DNA of 63,559 nucleotides, filler included, from Nemertoderma westbladi (GCA_032718475.1; 3 parts of 3 records of this genome joined end to end with filler, not necessarily neighbours in it); one strand, 5' to 3'; positions 12,196 through 25,187 are shown, counted from the first letter of the whole stretch. A program made the numbers and translations. Notes: a model not told the origin generated them from the letters alone.

Positions 12196-14610
12196 ACTGA
12201 TAGATGTTTATAGAGCTTGTAATAGAACAGATGATAGAAGCAATATCATGTAGTGCAGTAGTGTCTAGGCTACCGGAAGGATAATCACATGTCCAGTATG
12301 CTTTCATGTCATATAGCTGCCAGTGAGTGAGTACCAGCGTCCAGCACTAGCACTTACAGGTACAGCCCTACCACGAGCACCCTAGTGCAATATCAGGCTA
12401 CTGTCAGTATGTAAAGATGGTTCAATTCAAATATCAGGATAGAACTTATAATACTGTAGTAGACTTTGTTATTGTCTTGTCACATTATGTCAACTTATCA
12501 GCGTTCTGGTTAATTACTTGTAACAATGTAGCGACGCAGCATAGGCGCTTGTAAACTGGATATGTCAGTGTTGACCGAAATCGCGATTATTCTATTATTG
12601 GAATGCCTTTATTCACCGATAAATCGACATACTGTACAATTTTTATCTGCGAAAATGAGCATAGCGAGCATGTTCTGTGGAAACTTTTTCCCCGATAACA
12701 ACTTCGAAACACCGCCAAAATACACACGATACACTTCAGAGAGGCCGGTTTCAACCTTTAAACTTCCTATGGATTCAATGAAACTCATTAATGTATGCAT
12801 CCCCCCTAATGTAAGTCCACCGTACTGAACTGGAAAATACCAAATTACATAGTGACATGTTTGAGGAACTCATGGTCAATACATTTAGCTCGATGTAGAC
12901 CAATAGCAGACCCCGCTAAAACTTTTAATGGCAAGGCATTACCGGGTTTGAAATAGCAGTACATATAACTCTTGATATCTATGTTATAATCTAGTTCTTT
13001 TGGCATTTCCTTTTTGGTCAATCTCAGTATAGAATGATCGCTTCATCCACATGTGATAAGGTAGGTCCAATATTCCTGTTTGGTTGGGTTATTCAGTTAT
13101 TAGCATAGCTAGTGAATGCGTGGATTTCTTACAATTCATGGAACTTAATTCGTTTATACAGTATGTAGTTTGCTTGGCATTACCTAAGTAAACTCCGAGG
13201 TCAACCTGTAAGGGAGTCGGATGACTCTAGTCCCGACCCGTTAACTAGTACCGGGCCGTTGACTATGTAGTTACCGGCCCGTTAACTACATTTTATCTAT
13301 TGACTTTTAAATATGATCAAGTTTTGAGATTTTACTAGCTATTTTTTTTACCAGATACAATAGTTACTGTTTTTTCCAGGTGGCACCCATAATATCTTAT
13401 GAATGTTCGAACTAGTCATTTTAGAATTTTTTACAGTAATTGCTAGGCTTCCTAATTCGATTAGCTATCATCAACTGTTATATTGCTAGAGAACTACGCA
13501 AAAATACAGTACCAGTTTAATTATTAAAAAAACATTAAAAAACTTACCGATGACAATTATATGAACAATTCGACTGAACGTATAAGAAACTACGACCATA
13601 TCAATTTTCTAGAACAAGTCCCATTTAAATACAGAGACCTGGAAACTCACTAGCTATTCCATGAAGAAAACACTAAATGTGAGTAATCATAGGCCTAACT
13701 AATGATCAATAACTAATAATCATAACTAATGATCATCATTAGTTATGAATTCCAAACCCAATTCTCCATATCGAAATGGTCTGGTCACCCAAGAAAAAGT
13801 ACTGTAGTACCCAACTCAAAATTTGGAATATTATAAATATTATTATATCCTACGTTGGAACACAGGAACATACTATACTGTACAGTAGAATCCACTCTAA
13901 TCTACTTTGCTAAGGTATTTATGCACTTTATCTGTACTATCCCTTACGGTATCGATTTATGAAGACGGGTACAATAAAATATGATACACAGTACAGTAGA
14001 AAGGAGCTAAACTGGAAATAACAAATATAGTTTCCGTAGAAACATCACCTAAATGTTATAATCGCTGAAATTTGTTGTCTTTAATAATTATGTTAACACT
14101 TAAACATGTCAGGTTAGGACATAAATATCAGCCCAATTTAGATTCTTAACCTTGTCTAAAGTTACAGAAAGGCCACGCTAATAAAATTAACATAATTTAA
14201 CTAACTTTGGTGCATATTTTGTAACTAATGTTATAATTAAAGGCGTTTGAAATCGAAACACTAAACTTGAATGCCGTCTCCATAGCAACAGGATCTAAAC
14301 ATCAGACAAAAAATATTGTCATTATTTCGTAAATTAACTATATTGACTTTGTAGAAGATTTCAATCCATTATGACATGCTGTTTTGCAGTTGCTATGCTT
14401 TTAATGAGAATTACGTGGTCCTTAGCAACTAGGTCGTTATTTCAAAATGCCCAAAGTCAAAAATTTTAAAATCGCCATTTCCTCAATAAGTGGGACCTAT
14501 AGAACTCAAAACATCAAAAAAATTGAATCCGTCCAAAAATTTTCGGTAGGCCTATACCATTGTGGCTGCCGGACTATTAGGCCTAACTATAATATAATAT
14601 TTGTATTTAG

Positions 14611-14778
14611 ATTGATGACTTAAATAACAGTCTGTTGACATTATACACTGATCTGGGAAGCAGTGAGTCGAAAGGAGCTGCAGAACAAAAGAAACGAATG
14701 GAAATACAAGCTGCCTACCTCAGAGACAAAACTGCCTGGGAACAGGAGAGAACTAAACTTATTATAAGTTTGAATCAG
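14611..14778 (+). CDS. Next internal exon of the same coiled-coil protein gene
   Basis: tgtatttAG acceptor, CAG|GTGGGT donor, 168 nt open in phase 0: IDDLNNSLLTLYTDLGSSESKGAAEQKKRMEIQAAYLRDKTAWEQERTKLIISLNQ; phase-compatible with exon 9336-9488. Confidence 0.72.
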
Positions 14779-16446
14779 GTGGGTATAAATATAAAGGACG
14801 GAAGATAACCATATTTTTGTGTGATACCGTACCGGCAAGAATTATTCTTGATCACTAAATGAGAAACCACCTGTCTGCCTGCAATCCGACTTTCGAGTTA
14901 GTTTAATAAATAATATCCTGGAGGATGTAAATCAACCCACCACCCCCCCCCCCCCCCCTGTCACTCTTAAAGAAAGTGAGGTTGGTAAACGGTAAACGCA
15001 AAATAATTAGGGCCTAGCTAGGCACATGCCCATGGAAGATGGAACAAGAAAATATAAAAGAATCGCCACAAAGTTGAGAAGTCTATACCTGTTAGCCTGT
15101 AGGCCTATACCTGTATACAGGGCTTTGTGTGTAGGAGGATGAACAAGGACGAGGCGTTTCGTCAGGAACCGATCAGCAGATATCGGTGCTTCTTAGCGTT
15201 TTGAGTGACCAGTGACTACGTCATTCAGTCAGTCAGTAGGCCTATATGTACGTGAGGCGGTTGCCCAATGCCCACCCCACCCCCACAGGCTGACAGGCCT
15301 ACCTGGAAAATGCCATAAATGCTGTAAACTATTCGTTTGTGAACTATTCGTATGACTTAGCTACACGGCTACACGCACACGTCACTTTTGATAAATCTGC
15401 TGATCTACAGATCTAGGCAGCTAGGTGTTTCCCAATGATTCCTGCCTTAAAACTAGGTGTACGTACCGTTACCGTACTGCAGTCAGGCAGTACTGCCGTA
15501 TATACTGATATAAATCAGTACATAAATACCCATCCCGTACCCGCACCGGGCAGCCGGGAACAGCGGTGATAAGCAATAAGCAATAACAGAATAAGTAGGC
15601 CTTGCCCCCTTGCCTAACAGCCTAATACAGTAATACAATCTGACAATAAGCATTAGGCCTACATTCAGTGTTCAGTGTAGAACGTGTAGAACAGTCAACC
15701 AGATTAGGTTGACGCCGACAACCTGCTGACCTGATTAGGTTGACAAATTTCTAAATTGTCAACCTAACAGCCTAATTTGGTTGCCATTTATTTTACTGTA
15801 ACAATCAACAAAGGATGCGAACTAAACACACCTGGCAGCCTGGCTGCCTGTCAGCGTGTTTGTACAAGTCCCTCAAAGGTGCCACCCTGCTCCATAGCGC
15901 GGGAAATTCAAATGATTGAAAGACATGTTTCGTACTGGAAAGGGTGTCAGATCAGATCTGCCACCTATCAGCCTATATTTTGGCGGTAAATTCAAATCTG
16001 TTTTAACATTGAACTGTTGAATACATGAATAGAATAAGACTAATGTAATTCATTGAATCAGAATAAATTATTTCTTATCGGTTTAACTCACTCATCCGTT
16101 ATTGTTGCTGTTTTATCTATTAAGCTATGGGCTTCGAGCAGCACGTGAACAACTAAGCTGACTGGTTAACTAGTCTGGGACTTCGAGCAGCACGTGAACA
16201 ACGTAGGTGACTGGTTAACTGCTAAACTGACTACTACAGTAAGAAGTTTACAGCATGAAGGGCTCAATGCAGTTTTCGGTACCCACACTTTTTCTTACTT
16301 GTAGGCCTACTGTTGTAAACCACCTTTCTGTCTTTAGTCAGACAGTTACCGGTACCCTGTCATACTGTCATGTCATAACCATTTATTCTTGTAAAGATGG
16401 TTCGGTTTATTATTTTGGTTAGGGTTAGTTGGTCAGGCCTCAACCA

Positions 16447-16563
16447 TAATTAAAACTGTCATGTAGCGTAGCCTAACCCTAACCCTAAGTCATAATCTAA
16501 GAAATTTAGCGGAATTTTCTTAGATTATGACTTAGGGTTAGGGTTACATGACAGTGTTAATTA
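16447..16563. repeat. Palindromic foldback containing (CCCTAA)/(TTAGGG) units
   Basis: TAACCCTAACCCTAAGTCATAATCTAAGAAA is the reverse complement of TTTCTTAGATTATGACTTAGGGTTAGGGTTA; the outer arms ACTGTCATGTA/TACATGACAGT also pair. Confidence 0.85.
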
Positions 16564-18194
16564 GATTAGATTAGTTTGGGTACCCCAAACTGCATATTCC
16601 CGTATGAAGTCTACTGCCCTAGCTCCTTGACCTTTTAGTACGTACCCACTCCACTACCAGACTACAGTACACTGCAGCACACTGTGTACACAGTTTGTAA
16701 TGGTAATATGATAATTCTGTAATTTGAATCAACCGCCAAAAATATATCAATTCACAGCGCCTTTCTATCATCTATCTACTTAAAATCTACTATTAATATA
16801 CTAGGTTTAAGTGTATAATTGTTATGATTATAATGTTCTGATGTAATTATAAGTGATACAAGCAAATAATACATGTTCTTTACATTTTACTGGGATAGAA
16901 GTTAATCCAAATCCACCGACCAAAACTCAAAACCAAAACTTAAAAAAACTCATTACTCATCATCATTACTTGTTTTTTCGTACCCCAGGGGGCACATTCA
17001 AAATTGCAAAAAATGTTCTCGAATGTTAAATTTGAGTTCTACAATCGTGATTAACATCCTTAAAACGCGATATACCGACAATAAATTTATTTTAGTTAGT
17101 CATAAAAACTTTTGAAAATTTTAGCACGAAAAATCTGGAGACCGTTGCCAGAAAGGGAGCATGGCACGAAAACTAACATACTGTAGCTATATACTGTAAA
17201 TGGCGTTTACGATGTTGGATAGCGCATTCAATTTTAGGAAACTAGTAAAACAGGTATAGCAAAAGCATAATTGCAGGCTATAAGGCAAGTTTATAGTCAT
17301 TATTGTATTGTAGATCATAGAGATAGACTGTTTTGGCAAATACAAATGAATAATTATTAGATATTGAATCCAACGGAATACAAGTAGACAGAATACACAT
17401 ATATAATAGAATACACAGATAGACGGTTTCGGGATAAAGGAAACCATAAATTCAAACTTGGTGTTTAATCCCAAATCAATCCAAGTAAAGATAGATGGTT
17501 TTGGGATTTACTATTATTGACAGATGTTGAGATAGACGGTTTTGGCAAAAATATAGCTCCTTAGGACTTCATAATTACGTCTTAAGACTTGGCTAGAAAG
17601 ACGCGCCTCGTTTTTCTGATTCCAAATATATGCATATGTCATTTTTCAAAAAAATTGAGTGAGACGGTTTTGGCATGTAAGGGCCGGGTAACAAAAACAA
17701 CATGGCCTTCGCTAGCGAAGTCTGGATTTACCGTGTGCCAGTCCTTGCTTCATAAGAAATATAATTAACCGCTGGGGACTCCCCTGAATACTAAACAAAT
17801 TAGAGTTTACCGATCGATTTCTGGCACTCGGCCCTTTATCAAGGTTTCAAATTAAATAATATTTACACGTTACATAGTTAATTACATAATAAAAGCTCCC
17901 TCCACCCAAGGACCATAGTCGGACAGCACTGCAGTACTAGCCTAAATAGAAAAAACAGAAATAGATACACAATAAATTCTAAATACAGTAATACACCAAC
18001 TGAAACATGACAAAAAGCAATGAAAACCCTAACCCGTTCTAGTTCAGTAGCTACCTCTTAAACTTCCATGCTATTCTCGAAAATGTCGGCCCCACAATAT
18101 ACATTACCCCCTCCCCCCACACAGCTGTACCGGTCGCCTAGGGATGGAACCCAAATACTGCCGGTCAAGCCGGAAACCACAGGCCTGCATACTG

Positions 18195-18650
18195 CCTACC
18201 GACAGTCCCAGTCAGACTACTGCCCCCTGTAAAACTTCCTAAAGCCCTATACTGCATCAAACTGGCTACGCGTATGAGGTTCAAACGGGTATTCCGACAG
18301 CCCCAGTCAGACTACTGACCCCTGTAAAACTCTCTAAAACCATATACTGTATCAAACTGGCTACGCGTATGAGGTTATAAATCAAAAGGCAAACAATAAA
18401 CCATTTAACCAAACGGGTATTCCGACAGCCCCAGTCAGACTACTGCCCCCTGTAAAACTTTCTAAAACCATATACTGTATCAAACTGGCTACGCGTATGA
18501 GGTTATAAATCAAAAGGCAAACCATAAAACATTTAACCAAACGGGTATTCTGACAGCCCCAGTCAGACTACCGCCCCCTGTAAAACTTTCTAAAACCATA
18601 TACTGTATCAAAGTGGCTACGCGTATGAGGTTATAAATCCATAGGCAAAT
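18195..18650. repeat. 128-bp tandem repeat inside the Penelope-like element
   Basis: AAACGGGTATTC(C/T)GACAGCCCC recurs at 18283, 18411 and 18539; a partial copy precedes them and an inverted copy follows at 18651-18762. Confidence 0.9.
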
Positions 18651-18816
18651 TGTTTGCCTATGGATTTATAACCTCATAAGCGTAGCCACTTTGATACAGT
18701 ATATGGTTTTAGAGAGTTTTACAGGCGGTCAGTAGTCTGACCTGGGGCTGTCGGACATACCCGCTAATTAACTATGTAACTATGTAACGTGTAAATATTA
18801 TTTAATTTAATTGGAT

Positions 18817-18853
18817 ACCTTGATAAAGGGCCGAGTGCCAGAAATCGATCGGT
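18817..18853 (+). ncRNA. Minimal type I hammerhead ribozyme (U3-A8 variant); second copy on the - strand at about 17808-17845
   Basis: acc-UUGAUAA-(ag ggc cgagu gcc a)-GAAA-ucga-UC-ggu: stem I acc/ggu, stem II ggc/gcc, 1-bp stem III with a palindromic UCGA loop, as in Penelope-associated minimal hammerheads. Confidence 0.7.
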
Positions 18854-19236
18854 AAACTCTAATTTGTTTAGTATTCAGGGGAGTCCCCAGCGGTTAATTA
18901 TATTTCTTATGATGAACAAACAACCCCTAAAGTCGGCATGCCGTACCATCACATCGTTTAGTCCTTGCTTCAGTAGTCCTTGGGTATAATATCTGAATAC
19001 GCAAGTTGACTACTGTATGTACCAATCAGTAACATTTAGAACAATTAGAAACATTTAGAAAGGAACATTAAAAAATTATTTGTAATCTTTTGTAAACGAA
19101 GAATGTTAATTGTTTTTATATATTCCCAAGGCCAAGGTTTTGAACCGACTGACAACTGCTGTACTGTAAGAAATCGAGGTTGTTTAATGTTTAGTCATTT
19201 CACCCGCTAGCGGTGGTTCGCGCAAAAATTATTGTG

Positions 19237-19837
19237 TGTGACGGGATCCAGTTGAGTTGGCAGTTTGAACCCCGACCGGTGTGTGTTTGGGCTATAAGGT
19301 TGCCACGTCCGTAAGCTGCTGAAAGTCTGTAGTCTGAATGTTAAGGCCGTTGGAATAACTGAGTTTTAGTGTATGATATTAATAATGTCAGATCGCAATA
19401 ATAGCACAATCAGAATATAATAGCACGGTAGTGACGACGGTTAAAAACCGTTCTGGTCTCACAACTCTACAGATACCAACTGAATCAGAATCAATAAGTA
19501 CAACGGTTATATTACCGACACATATTGGTTACTCCTACTGTTCTAAGCGGCCTGGCCAATGGATGCGTTCCAATCACCTGTTTTCCCCTCCCATCATTGG
19601 CTAACCTAATTAATCTTCATATCGCCACTCCCTGTTGCCACTATCCCCAATTGCTAGCCCCTTTGTCCCCTGAGATGGCTTGTGGCCTCTCAACTCTATA
19701 CGTGGCTGGCAGTGTGTGTTGCCTGAGTTGGTTATTAGGTGACATTATATTAGTAATGTCACCTTCTCAACTCTAATTGGTAAAAGCCACTTTGCCCATT
19801 TTCCGCTGGGTAGTGCATGGAATTGAATCCGCTTACA
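19237..19837 (-). mobile_element. Solo LTR (601 bp), BEL/Pao family related to the LTR at 59385-59957
   Basis: TG...CA termini (TGTGACGGGATC ... GAATTGAATCCGCTTACA) shared with 59385-59957; perfect 5-bp TSD TTGTG on both sides. Confidence 0.85.
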
Positions 19838-21205
19838 TTGTGAATTAATATGTAATATAATTAAATATGGCAGTAGCATTTGTTGATTAACTAAACCCAA
19901 TACAAATGGTGTGGTAACAAATAACGCCAGACATTAGTGAATATTACAATATGATTGTGATTTACCTGTTTAATAAGGAAGGCCTAAGTAAAATTTACAA
20001 GTAATAAAAGTGATTTCCCCCAAGCGACACCCCTTCTTGCAATTGGGCTGAACCGACACACCTTTTGGCTATGGGAGTGTGTTAGCCAATGAGGTGAGCT
20101 TATTGAAGAAACAGCCAATTAGAAGCCCAGAAATACTTACATAGGCTGAAACGACACCCCAATTGGAAATATGCGTACGGATCTGATGCCTTTTGGCTTC
20201 TGCATCTTTATTTACGCAGCCACCTAACAGCAAATAAACAGGTGCTTAACCCTATTAACCCCACGGGCGGGGGGGGGGGGGGGGGGGGTCAATATGACCC
20301 CCCGCGGTTTTTTTGTTAGAACTCTGAAACAAACGCAGCTGGGAATCTGAAATTTTATGACTTTTCCTAAACATCTATTGCCTTCCTAATATTGAATGAC
20401 GTCATCCATCTCCATCTCCATGACGTCATTATTTATGGTCGACCATAAATTAATTTTTGGTCGACCATAAATTATGACGTCATGGAGACCTTCTGAATAA
20501 AAAAATTAATTACTTGGCAAAGATCAGCCACCGTAGTTATTGCAACTATAATAATTATTTATATAATATTACAAAACCATAACGTACCGGTACCGTACAA
20601 CATTTAGGAATGAAAGGCTGCAGGGTTTCATTACAGATATTTCTCAATCTAGCGGTAGATTGGAGAACTGTAGATTGTTACGGTACATACTGTACATACC
20701 CAGTGTTGCCGTCAATCTTCAGCCAGCATGTGTGTAGATGGACGCCGATGTAAGATGATAAATACATCACCAAAATCCCCCAAACTCGTCCCCGGATTAT
20801 TGCGAGTAGTGGGATAAACTTAAGTAAGATACAAACCGTAAAGTAAATACAAACATTGGTTAGACATCAATTTATCCGGGACATCCGGGGGGAGTCTAAC
20901 TAATTTTGATACCCATCTGTCCGGTCAGTGTCTTGGTGCAAGTCGTGTCAGGCGAGGGGCAACCGCTACCAGAGCTTTCTGAGTCAGTTCCAGGCTCATA
21001 GTAACGCTAGACAGCACGCTAGACGATGAACCTTTGAGTCGGCTATGTCACTACCATACGGCCTCACCATTATTGCTTTTCGTTATCACCAGCCCATTAT
21101 TACATTCCATATGGCATCTACCTACACTGGCCTTCGCGGGGATTACTGCCTATTAATTATCACCCCTATATATACGGTAGCTGTATTTTTATTGCGTCCA
21201 GTTCC

Positions 21206-21237
<32 letters not shown>

Positions 21238-22891
21238 TATCTGCGCCTATCACCAAACTTGCGTGGAACTATGTTCATTGTTTTTGCTCTATTTTTACTT
21301 GTAGGTACTTCCCTAATCCCTATTATGTTGTTCACATCTTTACCCTGTTGTTAGCCTATATATAGACCCAATATGTTAGTTAAGTTCAGTTGCCATTGTT
21401 CAGTGTTCAGTTGCCTTAGTTATTTCTCGCTGTCTGTTGCATTATTTAATTTTAATTGATTTCGTGGCTCGTTATTTTACACTTGTTTTTATTCTATCAT
21501 TCTAATATACCTCTAATCAAATATAATTGAACTATAAACTCACGTTTCTCAACGATACCACCAGAAGACAGAACCCATCGTCACCCCACTCTACGACAAA
21601 TCGCTTCGCATTGCGCTCAACATCCCGCAGTGCCGCTGGCCGTGACGTCATCACACCAACCAATTCCAAGCTCCAAGGTCATTATTGTATTATTGATTGA
21701 CTTAAATGAATCATTATCTAAGAGATTACAGTATGTTTGTGTTTGTATTGTGTGTCATATTCGTAATGATTACGATAAAAACCTCGACCTCTGAACTTAA
21801 CATACATTGCATTTGCGCATATAAATTGATTGCGTTGGGCTAACCGACAAATTCAAGAACCAAATGGGGTTTGGCAAAGCTCCGAACTATTTGTACAACC
21901 TTAAACCACCACCTTGAGAATTCTACCAATACCGTGGCTATATTATTGGCAACCATAGTTGCCAAAGCCCACACAATTTGTATTGGCGAGTTCTGGGCAA
22001 GAGCTAATTTCTGTACTGTGTTATTGAGCTGCTTGGCTTTACGGTATTACGTAGTAATGAAGTCTACAGAGTATTGACTATGAACCATGTGTGTAGTAAA
22101 ATATTGCCTCAATCAAAGATCATTATTAATCCTCCAGCTGCCTGCTGTGTTACTGAAGTCACAATATTTAGTATAGTCAGTAAGTTGATAGTTAGTTAAT
22201 CCCTCTGTATGTGTAAAGTATCACATTACAGTCTGATTATGGGAATGAATAATTGTTTAACGAACTAAGTTTGTGGTGAGGTGACATAGAGTTTAAACAA
22301 ACAGACAAGTTGTTCTGATCTGGAGAAATGTGAGATTTGATCAAGAAACCGACTTACGGTCACAAAAATTTATTATCAGTTTTTTTTAATTATTTAGTTA
22401 TTTTAATTATTTAAATACATTTGTTATGCTGAATCGGACACCGAAAACTGATTTCAAATCAAACAACCATTGGCGAAATATTGCGTTTTAAAAATTAGCT
22501 GTCATATGACCACATATTGATCTATCTACTATATCTTTATATCTTTAGTAGGTCATGATATTAACAGAGTTTTGATAAAATCGAGTTTGAAGGTAAGAGA
22601 GATTAAACATTGCCACTAATTTTATGTGTTTGGAGGGATTATTCAAACATAAAATTATTTTCTATCAATTTGTCTGTTAGTCAAAAAATATATGTATTCC
22701 CTACTGACATTTTTGTTATTGAGTTTTCTTTTTGACGTCTACCTTTACGTTTGATAGACTATACTGTCTGTCTGTCTGTCTGTCCATAAAAATTTAAGAA
22801 AGGACACCACTAGCTAAAATTGTTGCCTCTCAGAAACTTTCACCACGGAAAAATATTATCCCATTAAATAATTAAAATTTAATTTATTTAG

Positions 22892-22975
22892 TTACAGTCA
22901 ACGTTAGTGAAGTTAAAGTTGAGTTAAGGCGCAGCGATTTACTGCGCGCTGTACCAATCAATCCGTTGACTGTAA
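22892..22975. mobile_element. Tiny MITE-like inverted repeat
   Basis: TTACAGTCAACG ... CGTTGACTGTAA, perfect 12-bp terminal inverted repeat. Confidence 0.5.
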
Positions 22976-23310
22976 ACATGGTTATATCCCTTACACATAC
23001 TACTGACAGAGGCATGGAATATTTTTTCTTAAATCAATAATTCTTAATATTACTGTATTTCTTAATTACTTCCTGCATAATGCTTTTACAAAACTACATT
23101 ATATTATGATAAGCGTGATTATAATAATATTAATTATTTCTTATATTAATTCTTATTATTTAATTCATTAATTAATTGACTTTTAGTATCTTAGAGCACT
23201 GAGTTGGAAGAGTACATTAATTGGAATTGCAGCTGTCATTCAAACTGAATTATTAATTATTATTGTTAACTGAATCAATATTATCATTTTTACTGAGTTA
23301 ACCAGTTAAA

Positions 23311-23502
23311 GGTCCGTGCTCCAATGGCAAGTCATAAGTCATTTTTGTTAAAAAAAAATGGAAGATGCATCTCACATTTACACCCAAAGTAACTCAAAAT
23401 TACACCCAAAGTAACCAATCACAGGGCGACATGGGCCCCTATTCTGCCATTATGACTAACGACATTACTTTTGACTTACCAGTAGTAAGTGGAGCTCGGG
23501 CC
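23311..23502. mobile_element. PIF/Harbinger (Tourist-like) MITE
   Basis: Imperfect TIRs GGTCCGTGCTCCA / TGGAGCTCGGGCC with TAA-like flanks. Confidence 0.5.
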
Positions 23503-24274
23503 TAAAATGTTTAAATTGAGGAATTTGTAACAATTATTATGGTTCCATGATCGTGGAGTTTAGTTTCACTTTGTATGTAGAATCTGGCGATGTTAGTGTG
23601 AATACATTTAATTACAATAACGATTCATGGGCCAGCAGAGTGGGTTCGTGTTCGAACCCACAGAATGGTTTCTCTGTCGTTTTATAGATTTACATATTTA
23701 ATGGTTTTATTAGCAGATTGGAGCAACTTCACCTCGAATGAATAACATTAAAATTGCAATTTTTGCAAAATATTGAGATATAATTTAATATTAGAACGTT
23801 TCACAATATAATATTATACCGTAAGTACCTAGCCTGCCACAATATTATGCGATATAAGCTTGGGTTTCCTAAAGTTCCTTATAATATTTGTTGAGTTACG
23901 TTGATGCTAATTTCCTATGCCTCTAGTCCCGACTGGAAACCAGCCACAGTGGCGGGCAGTCTTATCCATGTGACACGAACCCATGTGACACGTTCATGTT
24001 CGTGTCCGACCTTCTCGGTTCGTGTTCACGGCAGATTAACTGATTAACCAATATATTTCCACTTTCAACCCATATTATTAGGCTTTGCCCAAACTTAACG
24101 AAATCATAAGCGAATTATTAACAGTACACTGTTCTCTTAAAAAATAACCGAAAAGCTTTTGGATCCATACATGAAAACTTGATATAACTTATATTGCTAC
24201 AGATACAGAAGGCCCTTATTTATTTGTAAAAGATTTTTGAAACCTATATTTCCTGCAATTAAAAATAACATAAC

Positions 24275-24582
24275 AGATCAACCTATAGGTTCTCTCTCGT
24301 CATTGGCTGCCTTCGTGTCCACGAAACGGCAAGACACCAATGACCTCGCCCAGACGCTTCATTCGTTTTAGAACTGCTGTTCCCTAACTAAAACCTGGCA
24401 AAACTACAACGTTCTACACGTATAAACGTATAAAAACAAACGCGAAATCCTGCGAAGGTCCGCGTCCACTAACGCATGAACTGTCCTTGAATGGCTTACT
24501 ACAAACAAAATTCACCGGAAAGTTTTATTGAACTCAGTATCTATTCTAAGTCCGACGCTCTACCAACTTCGCCAATGCGCCG
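24275..24582 (-). mobile_element. tRNA-derived SINE
   Basis: Minus strand begins GGCGCATTGGCGAAGTTGGTAGAGCGTCGGACTTA (Pol III A-box, tRNA D-arm-like); B-box degenerate; 3' part has a nested hairpin TCATTGG...TGCC..TTCGTGGACACGAAGGCA.CCAATGA. Confidence 0.55.
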
Positions 24583-25187
24583 TATAAATGCTAACTAGAA
24601 ATGAACAGCACCGTCAACAACAGTTTTTTTTTTTACAAAGTTTGATGGGAATTTTGCTCATCAATTCTGCTTAATCACTGTGTCATAGTATCACATCATT
24701 GATTATTTTAAAACAATAATTATCATATAATTAGTTTTGCTGTACTTTTTTAGACACGAAACATCACGAACATCACACGAATATCACGTCACATATTATC
24801 ATTCGTTAATTTATGTTAATAAGATGTTAATGTTAAACTTATACGTTAGAGTTAATTTTAGGAAAAATTAAAATTTAAAGTTATATTTAAAAACACGTTT
24901 ATTTTAGCCGAAATGATTCACCCCTTTTCTAATAAATAAATTAACTACACTCTAAATGTGAGTTCCCCGGTTCAAATTAATAAAATAACGATGATAATAA
25001 TTGTGCACAGGCTAATATTTTGTTAAACCCCTAATTTACAATAAAATTAGTTTATTTTCTCAATGTTTTTGTTTTAATTTCTACAAATGTAAAATATCGT
25101 TTAATTTGCGACGACTTGTGGTGGGTAATTAATTTTGATGATGTTTGTGGTGACCGTATTTGAAACTGAAACTAAACACCGGTTCTT

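Larger units (their letters stand above)
9615..14576 (-). mobile_element. Degenerate Academ-superfamily DNA transposon (about 5 kb) in an intron
   Basis: Imperfect TIRs starting TAGTCCGGCAGCCAC and ending GTGGCTGCCGGACTA with similarity extending well over 100 bp; 3-bp TSD TTA (9612-14 and 14577-79); transposase remnants GGMHTLMSFIESIG...FGGVSKLLSGKKFPQN (12640-12810) and IPPT...RAHLQVMVWK...DPRKYGW...PPAPE followed by a Cys-rich tail (10290-10640). Confidence 0.85.
17753..18959. mobile_element. Penelope-like element remnant: inverted pseudo-LTRs plus 3' tail
   Basis: Arms ~17750-17880 and ~18770-18912 are near-perfect inverted copies; a ~47-nt unpaired tail follows the right arm; 13-bp direct repeat AGTCCTTGCTTCA at 17740-17752 and 18960-18972 (TSD); hammerhead motif in each arm. 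Confidence 0.8.

Noticed and set aside
11951-12307. Lys-rich and Phe-rich ORFs
   Set aside because: Translations of an A-rich simple repeat.
15145-15182. Hammerhead-like CTGATCG...GAAAC on the - strand
   Set aside because: Core deviates (CUGAUCG) and stem I cannot form.
17200-17690. Dispersed GATAGACGGTTTTGGCA repeats as a regulatory array
   Set aside because: More simply subterminal repeats of a decayed DNA transposon; the partner end was not found.
20246-20500. piggyBac/Kolobok-like left end (TTAACCCTATT...GGGGGTCAATATGACCCCC); similar end near 59121
   Set aside because: No matching right terminus identified, so boundaries and class cannot be supported.
24540-24582. tRNA gene
   Set aside because: Only the 5' half is tRNA-like, with no T-arm or acceptor stem; better explained as a SINE head.
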